From: a bacterium
GTDB taxonomy: Bacteria; Planctomycetota; B15-G4; JADJEK01
NCBI GenBank assembly: GCA_030428825.1
Contig: JAUIEL010000001.1
Location: 1-34,757, forward strand
Direction of reading: 5' to 3'
Length of the DNA stretch: 34,757 nt
Of this stretch, positions 16,281 to 26,473 are shown piece after piece. The position numbers and the translations under genes are program-made. The notes under the pieces are model-generated. The model saw nothing but the letters and a program-made list of their open reading frames with translations, was not told where the DNA came from and did no database searches. How positions within the stretch are numbered: the first letter of the stretch is position 1; each line of letters begins with the position of its first letter.

Positions 16281-16840
16281 CCCGCGCGCTCCAGCTCGCG
16301 CGTGAGCCACGCCCGGGCGAGCCGCCAGTCCCCCTTGACCGTCCGCTCGGAGACGTCGAGGACGGTCGCGACCTCCTCGACCGACATGGCGCCGAAGAAC
16401 CGCATCACGACGACCTCGGCCTGCCGCGGCGAACGGGCCCGGAGCGCCTCGATGGCCCGGTCGAGACGGACGAGGTCGACCTCCGCGGCGTCCTCCGCGG
16501 CCGGCTCGTCGTGGAGCGTCACCTTCCGGTCGGCCCCGCGCTTCGCCGCCCCGCGGCCGCGCTGGTGGTCGACGAGCACCCGCCGCATCGCGGTCGAGGC
16601 GACGGCCCGGAAGTGGGCGCGGTCCTTGTAGATCGCGCGCTCCTGCCCGACGAGCTTCAGGAACGCCTCGTGGACGAGGGCCGTCGGCTGGAGGGTGTGG
16701 CCGGACGCCTCCCGGCCGAGGTGCGCGGCGGCGAGCCGGCGCAGCTCGTCGTAGACGATCGGAAACAGCTCCTGCGCGGCCTCCCGGTCCCCCTCGCCGA
16801 GGCGGGAGAGGGGGCCGGTGACCGGGTCGGTCCCATCCAT
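16277..16840 (-). CDS. ECF-type RNA polymerase sigma factor (Ser/Thr-kinase-associated ECF class, resembling the Sig-70_X6-type family)
   Basis: GDREAAQELFPIVYDELRRLAAAHLGREASGHTLQPTALVHEAFLKLV covers region 2, with the characteristic HTLQ(P)TALVHEA motif. Region 4 is LRARSPRQAEVVVMRFFGAMSVEEVATVLDVSERTVKGDWRLARAWL. The size (187 aa) fits. Confidence 0.88.
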   Translation of the reverse strand: MDGTDPVTGPLSRLGEGDREAAQELFPIVYDELRRLAAAHLGREASGHTLQPTALVHEAFLKLVGQERAIYKDRAHFRAVASTAMRRVLVDHQRGRGAAKRGADRKVTLHDEPAAEDAAEVDLVRLDRAIEALRARSPRQAEVVVMRFFGAMSVEEVATVLDVSERTVKGDWRLARAWLTRELERAG

Positions 16841-17010
16841 GGCGCGGAGGATACCGAAGCGACGCAGGGGATGCCGGCGGGGGGCGGCGGAGGCGCGGCG
16901 CGGTCCGGGGCGATCCGCGAGAAAACGTCGGAATTCCCTGCCCCTCCGCCGGCGAACCTCGCGGGTCGGTTCGAACCGAGAACGATCCCCACGGACACCG
17001 GAGATTCGTC

Positions 17011-18696
17011 ATGAACCGTGCCCTCGCCCTCTCCCTCCTCGCCGCCGCCTCGCTCCCCTCCGCCGCCCGCGCCGAGAACGACTGCACTCCCGGCACCGCC
17101 GTCGGCGAGAGTCGCATCGCCCACGGCACCGGCGGGCTCGTCGCCGCCCTGGCCGACGAGGACCGCTTCGGCGCGTCGGTCGCCTCCCTCGGCGACCTCG
17201 ACGGCGACGGCGTCGTCGACGTCGCCGTCGGGGCGCCGGGGGACGACACCGGCGGCGTCGACCGGGGCGCCGTCCACGTGCTGATGCTGAACGCCGACGG
17301 AACGGTGAAGGCCGAGCGGAAGCTCGCGCACCTGAGCGGCGGGTTCGGAGCGCTCTCCGACGAGGACCAGTTCGGCGCCGCGGTCGACGCGATCGGCGAC
17401 CTCGACGGCGACGGCGTGGTCGACCTCGCGGTCGGCGCTCCCGGCGACTCCGACGGCGCGTTCCTGCCGGTCATCCACTACGGCGCGGTCTGGATCTGCT
17501 TCCTGAACCCCGACGGCACGGTGAGGTCGACCGCGAAGATCAGCGAGATCTCCGGCGGGTTCGCCGGCGGGCTGAAGAGCTCCGACGAGTTCGGCGCCTC
17601 GCTCGCCGCGCTCGGCGACCTCGGCGGGGACGGCGTGACCGAGCTCGCGGTCGGCGCCCCGGGCGACGACGAGGGGACGTACCTCGGCGGCTCGGTCTAC
17701 GTCCTCTCGCTCACCTCCGCCGGCGCGGTCACGGCGACGACGAAGCTCGCCCCGAAGAGCGCGGCGCTCGGCTTCGACCCGGGGGCGGTCCGGTTCGGCG
17801 CCGGGCTCGGCCGGATCCCCGACCAGGACCAGGACGGGCGCGACGAGCTCGCGGTCGGCGCGGTGTACGACGACGACGGCGGGCTGAACCTCGGCGCGGT
17901 GTACGTCCTGTCGCTGAACGCCGACGGCACGGTCCTGTCGCATCGGAAGATCAGCCAGACCTCCGGCGGCTTCCAGGGGTCGTTCCAGAACGGCAGCCGG
18001 TTCGGCAGCGACGTCACGGCGATCGGCGACGTCGACCAGGACGGGATCGACGACCTCGTGGTCGGCGCCCACTGGGCGGACGGCGTGACCGGCGGGATCT
18101 GGACCCTCTGCCTCGACGCGTCCGGGGATGTCGCCGACGAGTCGCTGGTCTCCGCGGGGTACGGCGGGCTCGCCGCGCCGCCGCAGTTCGAGGACTTCTT
18201 CGGCGCGAGCGTCTGCGCCCTCGGCGACCTCGACGGCGACGGGATCGACGACGTCCTGGTCGGCTCGCCGGGCGCGGACGACGGCGGTCCCGAGCGGGGC
18301 GCGGTGACCGTGGTCCGGCTCGGCGGCATGTGGATCGACGCGGAGAACGCGCTCGCCGGCGTGAGCGGCGCGCCGGAGCTCGCCGGATCGGGCGACCTCG
18401 TCCCGGGCGCCCCCACGACCCTCGCCCTGTCGAACGCGGCCCCGGACGCGGCGGTCCTGCTGTTCGTCGGGCTCACGAAGGTCGACGTCGAGACGAGCGG
18501 CGGGATCCTCGTGCCGGCGCCCGACCTGATGATCGTCGGTCTCGGCACCGACCCGACCGGCGCGCTCTCGCTCACCGCGCCGTGGCCGGCGACCGTCCCC
18601 TCGGACACGTCGTTCTACTTCCAGGCGTGGGTCGCCGACGCGGTCGCGCCGTTCGGCTACTCCGCCTCGAACGGGGTCGCGGCGACCACGCCCTGA
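17011..18696 (+). CDS. Secreted integrin-alpha-like FG-GAP beta-propeller protein (6-7 blades) with the shared C-terminal domain
   Basis: GGAG lies 7 nt upstream of the ATG. Signal peptide MNRALALSLLAAASLPSAARA. Blades include FGASVASLGDLDGDGVVDVAVGAPGDD, FGAAVDAIGDLDGDGVVDLAVGAPGDS, FGASLAALGDLGGDGVTELAVGAPGDD, FGAGLGRIPDQDQDGRDELAVGAVYDD, FGSDVTAIGDVDQDGIDDLVVGA and FGASVCALGDLDGDGIDDVLVGSPGAD. The last ~115 aa (nt 18349-18693) end in ..YFQAWVADAVAPFGYSASNGVAATTP. Confidence 0.88.
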   Translation: MNRALALSLLAAASLPSAARAENDCTPGTAVGESRIAHGTGGLVAALADEDRFGASVASLGDLDGDGVVDVAVGAPGDDTGGVDRGAVHVLMLNADGTVKAERKLAHLSGGFGALSDEDQFGAAVDAIGDLDGDGVVDLAVGAPGDSDGAFLPVIHYGAVWICFLNPDGTVRSTAKISEISGGFAGGLKSSDEFGASLAALGDLGGDGVTELAVGAPGDDEGTYLGGSVYVLSLTSAGAVTATTKLAPKSAALGFDPGAVRFGAGLGRIPDQDQDGRDELAVGAVYDDDGGLNLGAVYVLSLNADGTVLSHRKISQTSGGFQGSFQNGSRFGSDVTAIGDVDQDGIDDLVVGAHWADGVTGGIWTLCLDASGDVADESLVSAGYGGLAAPPQFEDFFGASVCALGDLDGDGIDDVLVGSPGADDGGPERGAVTVVRLGGMWIDAENALAGVSGAPELAGSGDLVPGAPTTLALSNAAPDAAVLLFVGLTKVDVETSGGILVPAPDLMIVGLGTDPTGALSLTAPWPATVPSDTSFYFQAWVADAVAPFGYSASNGVAATTP

Positions 18697-18775
18697 GCCG
18701 GCCGCCCGGCGCGGACCGTCCGGCGGCCGCCCGCCCCTCCCGTGGGGTCGGCGGCCGTCCTCGCGTCTCCTCGGC

Positions 18776-20203
18776 TCACGCGGACGCGGTCGCGGCGGCC
18801 GGGGCGGCGAGGAGCTCGTCGGCGACCGTGATCGACCGGTCGTCCGGAGGGCGGCGGAGGTCGACGGTGCGGAGGTCGGCCTCGTCCAGGGCGTCGCCGT
18901 CCGGGGTCGACTCCACCGTGACGATCGGGAGGGCGGGGGCGTCGGTCTGCGACTCGACCCGCGCGGTCTCGCCGGTGCTCAGGCGGACGCGGCTGCCGTT
19001 CGGGAAGATCCCGTTCAGCTCGATGAAGCGGCGCAGCAGCGGGCGGTGGAAGTGCCCGTCCATCGAGAGCATCAGCTTGTACGACCGCGTCGGGGACATC
19101 GCCTGCTTGTACGGGCGGACGGCCGTGAGCGCCTCGTAGACGTCGCAGATCTTCACGATGCGGGTGAGGGTCGAGAGCGGGAGGGGGACCGTCGTCCTCG
19201 GGTAGCCCCGGCCGTCCTCGGTCCGGTGGTGGCCGAACGCGACGGTCACCGCCAGCGGGTCGCACTCGGTCTGCTCGAGCAGGATCTCCCCGCCGTGGAT
19301 CGTGTGCTTCTGCATCTCCGTCCGCTCCTCCGCCGAGAGGACCTCGGTGGAGTGGAGCAGCTCGAACGGGAGCTTCGCCTTGCCGACGTCGTGCATCAGG
19401 CTCGCCACGCCGATCCGTTCGAGCGTCTCCTCGTCGCTCGTGAAGTTCCGCGCGAAGTTCAGCGCGAGGATGCAGACGCGGATCGAGTGTCCGAAGGTGT
19501 ACGCGTCGTAGTTCTCGTACCGCGACAGGTTCAGGATCGCCTTCGGGTCGTCGTCGAGCGTCGTCAGGACCTCCTGGACCATCGAGCCGACGGCGCCGAG
19601 CTCGAGCGAGTCGCCGCAGCAGACCTGCATCATCGTGGTCTGCAACGAGTCGACCAGCCCCTGGTACACCTGCTGCGGGACGTCGAGGGTCGTCCCGGCC
19701 CGCAACCGGTCCCCCTCCGGCGTGATCGTGGCGACCGGCGTGGTCGGCCCCACCGCGCCGACCATCCGGCCGAGGAGGCGGATCTTCCCGCAGCCGCTCG
19801 CGGCGAGCGCGGCGTTGGCGTCCTCGCGCGACTCGGGTCTTCGCCGGCGGTCGGTCAGCAGCTGGAGGAGGAGGGTGAAGTCGCTCGCGTCGACGCCGTG
19901 GTCGAACTCGAACCCGCCCGCCTTCAGCTCGCCGAGCGGCTTCATCAGCTTCGGCGCGCTCAGGGAGGCGCCGAGCAGGGCGCGCCCCTGGTGGACGATG
20001 CAACGATCGATGATCGTGAGGGACAGCGACGGCTCGTCCGTTCCGTCACAGTGCTCGTTCACCATCCGCGCGAGCTCGCGGACCGACGTCTCGACGCGCG
20101 GGTGCTGCGTCCAGTAGATGCCGGAGTTGATGATCCCGACCACCAGCTCGTCGACGAAGGCGGTGATCCCCTCGATCCTCTCTCGTTCGTCCAACCGGCA
20201 CAT
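18776..20203 (-). CDS. HD-GYP domain phosphohydrolase (probable cyclic-di-GMP phosphodiesterase) with an uncharacterised ~240-aa N-terminal domain
   Basis: HD-GYP motifs are FGHSIRVCILALNFA, ASLMHDVGKAKLP, MQKHTIHGGEIL and AFGHHRTEDGRGYP. The N-terminal region contains no REC, GAF or PAS that I can recognise. Confidence 0.85.
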   Translation of the reverse strand: MCRLDERERIEGITAFVDELVVGIINSGIYWTQHPRVETSVRELARMVNEHCDGTDEPSLSLTIIDRCIVHQGRALLGASLSAPKLMKPLGELKAGGFEFDHGVDASDFTLLLQLLTDRRRRPESREDANAALAASGCGKIRLLGRMVGAVGPTTPVATITPEGDRLRAGTTLDVPQQVYQGLVDSLQTTMMQVCCGDSLELGAVGSMVQEVLTTLDDDPKAILNLSRYENYDAYTFGHSIRVCILALNFARNFTSDEETLERIGVASLMHDVGKAKLPFELLHSTEVLSAEERTEMQKHTIHGGEILLEQTECDPLAVTVAFGHHRTEDGRGYPRTTVPLPLSTLTRIVKICDVYEALTAVRPYKQAMSPTRSYKLMLSMDGHFHRPLLRRFIELNGIFPNGSRVRLSTGETARVESQTDAPALPIVTVESTPDGDALDEADLRTVDLRRPPDDRSITVADELLAAPAAATASA

Positions 20204-20212
20204 CCGCCGCTC

Positions 20213-22153
20213 CTACGTCTCGTACCGGGAGAGCGCGCGCCGCGCGGCCTCCCGATACGCTTCCCCTTCGGACGGCGCGAGCAACCGGCGGCGGGTCGAG
20301 GAGATCTCCTCGAGCGCCTTCCGCGCGGCCTCGCACCGCAAGACCCCGAGCAGCGGGATCGCCTCGAGACGTCTCGCGGCGCTCGCGTCGTCGGTCCTCG
20401 TCACGAACTCGGCGAGGAGTCCGGCCGCCGCCTCGACCCGCGGCTCGTCCCCCTCCTGTCGCGAGCGCTCGGTCGTGATCGCAAGCAGGTATTCGACCGG
20501 GACCTCCTCGTCCGAGAGGATCCGGAGCGGGCCGGCGAGGCGCGCGTCGAGGTCGAGCGCGCGGAGCGCCTCCGCCACCGCGGGCGCGGCGGCGGGCTCG
20601 GCGCGGAGGAGGACGTGGTAGAGCGAGACGAGCTCCGGTCGCGGCCGCCGCAGGACCTTCGCGGTCCGGCCGTGTCGGGAGAACCCGCCCTCCAGCGCGA
20701 GGTGCGACGACGCGTCGCGCATCCGCGCCGGTCCGATCCGAGCGCAGACCTCCACGAGCGCGTCGAGGTCGACCTCCCGCTCGGCGTCGAGCGAGTCGAG
20801 GAACGAGTGGAACGTCGCCGGGAAGACCTCCACCACGTTCTCGACGCCGAACAGCCGCGACTCCTCGGCGAGCGACTTCAGGCTCGGATCGCACAGGAGG
20901 TCGAACAGCCGGTGGAGCTGGCGTCGTTCCAGCGCCGCCTCGAACCGGTCGCGGGCCTGGGCGATGTGCGCCTGCAGGAGGGCGCTCCGGCCCGGGATCG
21001 CCGGCGCGAGCGACGGTACGAGGAACCCGCGCAGCCGCTCCACCAGCTCCTCGTCCTCGAGCCGGACGAAGAAGTGGAGGAGGACGCCGAGCCGCTCGAG
21101 CTCGTCGGTCACGCGGTCGAGGAGGTGGCGCTCCTTCGCGAGGGGGGCGATCCCGTCGAGCTCGGCCAGGATCTCGTCGACCCGCTCCTCGGTCTCGGTC
21201 CGGGTCCCGATCTCCGCCGGCGGGGGCGCCGCCGCCTCGGCCGGCGGGGCGAACGCGAGCGGCTTCGGGCGCGGCGCGGTCTCCGCCGGACGGAAGAAGT
21301 ACTTCCGGCTGACCCGATGCAGGAGGTGGTCGACCTGCGCGGTGTCCGACGCGGGGACGCCGCCGGCGATCGCGTCCGTGATCCGGCTCAGGAGCTCGTC
21401 GGCCATCTCCCGCATCCGGCTCGGGTCGGCCATCGCCTCGGCCGGGAGGAGGTTGATCAGGCGACCGATGAGGTCGACCTTCCGCCGCGGCTCGTCCGAG
21501 GGCGCCGCCGGGGCGGACGATTCGAGGACCCGTTGCAGCTCGTCCAGCCGCCCCTGCAGCGACTCGTCCGAGTCGAGCATCTCCGCGAGCATCTGCCCCT
21601 GTCGGCTGGCGGTCTTCCACCGCGTGGCGACGGTCCCGCCCGCGCCCGCGCCGACCGGGAACGCCCCGTCGAACCGACGCTCGATCGGCCGCAGGCCCGC
21701 GAACTCCGTCGGCCAGAGGTCCGAGAAGAGGACCGACGCGCGGAGGTTGCCGCAGTTCTCCTGCAGCCGCGCGCAGAACTCGAGCAGCGACGCGCGGGTC
21801 AGCGCCGGCGAGAACCGGAGGCAGGCGACGCCGGTCCGGTCGAGGCGCTCGACCAGCCACCGGAGGCTCGGCCGGTAGTCGACCACCACCGTCGTCTCTT
21901 CGCACCGGACGCGTCCCTTGTCGAGCGTGAACTCGAGCTCCTCGCGCTCCTCGAACGCGGCCCGGAACGCCTCGAGACAGCGCTCGGCGGTCTCGCGGAC
22001 GCGCTCGTTCGACGGGGGGAGCAGCGCCGTCAGCTTGACGAACTCGGCGAACAGACCGATCCACGCGGCGTGCGGGCCGCCCTCGCCGTCGGCGTCGAGC
22101 GGTTCGCCGGGCCGGGGTCCGGCCGGGATGGGGGGGATCTCGGTGACGGCCAT
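20213..22153 (-). CDS. Hypothetical 646-aa cytoplasmic, largely helical protein, translationally coupled to the downstream HD-GYP gene
   Basis: The ORF has coding-like composition and is long and uninterrupted. Its TAG stop at 20213-20215 lies 9 nt upstream of the HD-GYP ATG (20203), with AGGAG spanning the stop. No signal peptide, TM segment or catalytic motif recognised. Confidence 0.7.
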   Translation of the reverse strand: MAVTEIPPIPAGPRPGEPLDADGEGGPHAAWIGLFAEFVKLTALLPPSNERVRETAERCLEAFRAAFEEREELEFTLDKGRVRCEETTVVVDYRPSLRWLVERLDRTGVACLRFSPALTRASLLEFCARLQENCGNLRASVLFSDLWPTEFAGLRPIERRFDGAFPVGAGAGGTVATRWKTASRQGQMLAEMLDSDESLQGRLDELQRVLESSAPAAPSDEPRRKVDLIGRLINLLPAEAMADPSRMREMADELLSRITDAIAGGVPASDTAQVDHLLHRVSRKYFFRPAETAPRPKPLAFAPPAEAAAPPPAEIGTRTETEERVDEILAELDGIAPLAKERHLLDRVTDELERLGVLLHFFVRLEDEELVERLRGFLVPSLAPAIPGRSALLQAHIAQARDRFEAALERRQLHRLFDLLCDPSLKSLAEESRLFGVENVVEVFPATFHSFLDSLDAEREVDLDALVEVCARIGPARMRDASSHLALEGGFSRHGRTAKVLRRPRPELVSLYHVLLRAEPAAAPAVAEALRALDLDARLAGPLRILSDEEVPVEYLLAITTERSRQEGDEPRVEAAAGLLAEFVTRTDDASAARRLEAIPLLGVLRCEAARKALEEISSTRRRLLAPSEGEAYREAARRALSRYET

Positions 22154-22263
22154 GCTCGCGCGGGCACCTCGGCGGCATCGACTTCTCGGAGAGACGATCG
22201 ACCAACCGGAGGGGGGCTCTTGAGGGCCGCTTCCCGCGAACGACCCGGGGTGAACGCCGCGGT

Positions 22264-23889
22264 TCAGTCCGCGGGACGGCCCGCGGGACGGGAGGAGACG
22301 GCCTCGAACGACAGCCCGAAGCGGGCCAGGTACTTCCGGAGCCGGTCCGCGTCGTTCCGCGAGCGCCGCCGGGCGCGGGAGGCGGCGAAGAGGGTCCGTC
22401 CCGCCTCGGAGAGGGTGGCCGACTCGGCGCAGACGTGCAGGACGTCGGCGAGCTGGACCCGGTCGAAGCGGTCGAGCGCCTCGACGCGGTCGTCGCCGAG
22501 CGCGTCCCGGAGTCGTGCCTCCCCGTCGTCGTCGCCGGCCGGCCGCACGCCGGAGCGCCAGGACGCGCGGAGGCGGAGGATCTCCTCGTCGACCTCGCCC
22601 GATCCGATCCGCCCGCTCGTCGCCAGGGTCGCCATCCGCGTCACCGCCGCGTTCAGATCCCGGAAGTTCCGGTCCCAGGTCGCCGTCGGGTCGGCGGCGA
22701 ACCGGAGGAAGGCGTCCCGCGCCTCGCGGTTCATGGTGATGCGACGGCCGCTCTCCTCCGCGACGCGGCGGAGCTCGTACTCGAGGTTCGGCGCCAGGTC
22801 CTCGCGGCGATCCCGGAGCGCGGGGAGGTCGAACGTCCAGAGGTCGAGGCGGGCGAGCAGGTCCTCCCGGAACCGGCCGTCGCGGACCGCCGCCCCGAGG
22901 TCGCGGTTCGTCCCGGCGAGGAGCTGGAACTCGCTCTCGACCTCGCGGTCCGCGCCGACGGGGAGGAAGCGTCGCTCCTCGATCGCCCGGAGCAGCATCG
23001 CCTGCTCGTCGGCGCCGAGCTCCGCGATCTCGTCGAGGAACAGCACGCCGCGATCGGCGCTCTTCAACAGGCCGGCCCGCGCGGTCGTCGCGCCGGTGAA
23101 CGCGCCCTTGGTGTGACCGAAGAGCGCCGGCATCGCCTGCTCGCCGCGCAGCGTGGCGCAGTTCACCTCGACCAGCGGACCGTCGACGAGGCGGCGGGAG
23201 CGACGGAGCTCGTAGATGCGGCGGGCGAGGGCGGACTTCCCCGCCCCCGTCGGTCCGGTCAGGAGGATCGGGGCGCGCGAGCGGGTGGCGATTCGCTCGA
23301 GCCGGTCCATCGTGCGGTTGAACGCGGCGCTCCTCGTCTCGATGCCCGCCTTCAGGAACGCGGTGCTCTCACGATGCTCGTCCTCGAACCGCGCGGCGAG
23401 CCGGTCGTACCGGGAGAGATCGAGGTCGATGATCGAGTACCGGCCGGGGCGGCCGTCGGCGCGCTTTGGCGGGGAGGTCTGGAGGAGCCGTCCCGGGAGG
23501 TGTCGCGACTCGGTCAGGAGGAAGAGGCAGATCTGGGCGACGTGGGTGCCGGTGGTGATGTGGACGAGGAGCCGCTCCTCGTCCGGGTCGAGCGACAGCG
23601 TCCGCGCCAGGTCGTGCAGCGCGGCGTACACCTCCTCGAAGTCCCAGGGGTCGTCGAGGTCGACGGCGCGGTGGCGGACCTCCGTCTCCGGCGAGACCGA
23701 GCGGAGGTCCGCCTCCACCTGCCGGGCGAGGTCCGCGTGACGCGCGTCCGACAGGAGCTCGAGTCGGTCGACGACGAGGTCGTCCTGACGGCAGAGGTCG
23801 ACCGTCGGACGCCACCGCTCCCATCGCTTCGGGCCGGGCGGCGCCGAGTCGAGCTGGGTCCCCAGGAAGCCGAAGACGACCGTGCGCAT
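22264..23889 (-). CDS. rtcR: RtcR, sigma-54-dependent transcriptional activator with an N-terminal CARF-type (RtcR) domain
   Basis: From ATG 23889 the N-terminus is MRTVVFGFLGTQLD..KRWERWRPTVDLCRQDDLVVDRLELL..DPWDFEEVYAALHDLAR..HITTGTHVAQICLFLLTESRHLPGRLLQTSPP..IIDLDLSRYD. As I recall it, this is co-linear with the E. coli RtcR N-terminal domain. The AAA+ domain has Walker A LTGPTGAGKSALA, the GAFTGA motif (HTKGAFTGA) and LFLDEIAEL. The 541-aa length is close to E. coli RtcR. The rest of ORF 22264..25371 is antisense to rtcB and was rejected. Confidence 0.93.
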   Translation of the reverse strand: MRTVVFGFLGTQLDSAPPGPKRWERWRPTVDLCRQDDLVVDRLELLSDARHADLARQVEADLRSVSPETEVRHRAVDLDDPWDFEEVYAALHDLARTLSLDPDEERLLVHITTGTHVAQICLFLLTESRHLPGRLLQTSPPKRADGRPGRYSIIDLDLSRYDRLAARFEDEHRESTAFLKAGIETRSAAFNRTMDRLERIATRSRAPILLTGPTGAGKSALARRIYELRRSRRLVDGPLVEVNCATLRGEQAMPALFGHTKGAFTGATTARAGLLKSADRGVLFLDEIAELGADEQAMLLRAIEERRFLPVGADREVESEFQLLAGTNRDLGAAVRDGRFREDLLARLDLWTFDLPALRDRREDLAPNLEYELRRVAEESGRRITMNREARDAFLRFAADPTATWDRNFRDLNAAVTRMATLATSGRIGSGEVDEEILRLRASWRSGVRPAGDDDGEARLRDALGDDRVEALDRFDRVQLADVLHVCAESATLSEAGRTLFAASRARRRSRNDADRLRKYLARFGLSFEAVSSRPAGRPAD

Positions 23890-24097
23890 GCGGGCAGTCC
23901 GTCGAAGAGGTGGCGTGCGGAGGCGGGGTCGGCGCGACCCCGCGCGATTCCCTCGGCAGGAGGATAGACCACAGGATAAGAGTCGAGACGACAGGCGCGC
24001 AACTCGTCCGATCGCGCTCGCCGCGCCGGAGCGGGGGATTGCGCTAGACCCTGAGTCACAATCTACTTGTGTGGGTCGCTCGAGGAGCGGGTCGGTT

Positions 24098-24113
24098 CGG
24101 CACGGCGTCTGCC
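24098..24113 (+). promoter_or_regulatory. Candidate sigma-54 (-24/-12) promoter of rtcBA
   Basis: cGGCAC-ggcgt-cTGCc matches TGGCAC-N5-TTGC at the invariant GG and GC with correct spacing (8 of 10 consensus positions). It ends 32 nt upstream of the rtcB ATG and is divergent from the GAFTGA-containing activator rtcR. Confidence 0.6.
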
Positions 24114-24144
24114 TGAGTCCCGGCGATACCTGACCCCCCGCCCG

Positions 24145-25404
<1,260 letters not shown>

Positions 25405-25406
25405 CG

Positions 25407-26444
25407 ATGGTGAACGACGCCGACCCGATCACGATCGACGGCTCGCGCGGCGAGGGTGGAGGGCAGGTCCTCCGCTCGGCGCTCGCGCTCTCCGCGGTGA
25501 CCGGCCGGCCTTTCCGGATCACGAGGATCCGGGCCGGCCGGCGAAAATCGGGCCTCCTGCGGCAGCACCTGACGGCGGTCCGGGCGGCGGCCGTGGCCTG
25601 CGGCGCGACGGTGGAGGGCGCGACCCCCGGCTCGGGCGAGCTGTCGTTCGAGCCGGGGCCGCCCGTCCGGGTCGAGGACCGCTTCTCCGTCGGGACCGCG
25701 GGCTCGGCGTGCCTCGTGTTCCAGACCGTGCTGCCGATCCTCCTCGTCGCGCCCGGCCGATCGCGCGTCGTCTTCGAGGGCGGGACGCACAACCCGGCCG
25801 CGCCGACGTTCGAGTTCCTCGCCCGCGCGTTCCTGCCGATCGTGCGACGCATGGGAGCGAAGGTCGACGCGACGCTCGAGCGACCCGGCTTCTTCCCCGC
25901 CGGCGGCGGTCGGTTCGTCGTCGAGGTCGCCGGCGGGGAGCCGCTCCGCCCGCTCGAGTTGGAGACGCGAGGGAAGGTCGTCGGTCGGCGGGCGTGCGTG
26001 CGCGTGGCGAACCTCCCCGATCACGTCGGCGAGCGCGAGCTTCGAGTCCTGCGGAGCAAGCTCGGGTGGCGCGACGAGGAGATCGGCATCGAGAGGTGCG
26101 ACGCGCTCGGACCCGGGAACGTCGTCTCGATCGAGGTCGAGGCCGAGCGCGTCGCCGAGGTCGTGACGTCGTTCGGTGCGCTCGGCGTGAAGGCGGAGGT
26201 CGTCTCGCGGCGGGCGGTCGACGGGGTGCGGCGGTACCTCGCCGCCGACGCGCCCGTCGGCGAGCACCTGGCCGACCAGCTCCTGCTCCCGCTCGCGCTC
26301 TCCCGCGGCGGGCGCTTCCGGACCGTCGCCGTCACGCCGCACTGCTCGACGAACGCCGCGGTGATCGAGCGGTTCCTTCCGGTCGCCATCTCGTTCGGGG
26401 ACGGGGGCGACGGCGCCGTGGCCGTGGAGGTCGCGCCCCGCTGA
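25407..26444 (+). CDS. rtcA: RtcA RNA 3'-terminal phosphate cyclase
   Basis: ITIDGSRGEGGGQVLRSALALSAVTGRPFRITRIRAGRRKSGLLRQHLTAVRAA. The C-terminal GEHLADQLLLPLAL contains the candidate adenylylated His. The ATG lies 2 nt after the rtcB stop. Confidence 0.93.
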   Translation: MVNDADPITIDGSRGEGGGQVLRSALALSAVTGRPFRITRIRAGRRKSGLLRQHLTAVRAAAVACGATVEGATPGSGELSFEPGPPVRVEDRFSVGTAGSACLVFQTVLPILLVAPGRSRVVFEGGTHNPAAPTFEFLARAFLPIVRRMGAKVDATLERPGFFPAGGGRFVVEVAGGEPLRPLELETRGKVVGRRACVRVANLPDHVGERELRVLRSKLGWRDEEIGIERCDALGPGNVVSIEVEAERVAEVVTSFGALGVKAEVVSRRAVDGVRRYLAADAPVGEHLADQLLLPLALSRGGRFRTVAVTPHCSTNAAVIERFLPVAISFGDGGDGAVAVEVAPR

Positions 26445-26473
26445 GCGAAGGGACGTTCCCTCCGTTCAAACTG

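Noticed and set aside
16281-17474. The N-terminal 398 codons of ORF 13404..17474, which would make a 1356-aa kinase.
   Set aside because: This part overlaps the ECF sigma gene in another frame and is antisense to the FG-GAP gene. Its sequence is low complexity. GTG 16280 gives a stop/start overlap with the sigma gene and a sensible kinase N-terminus.
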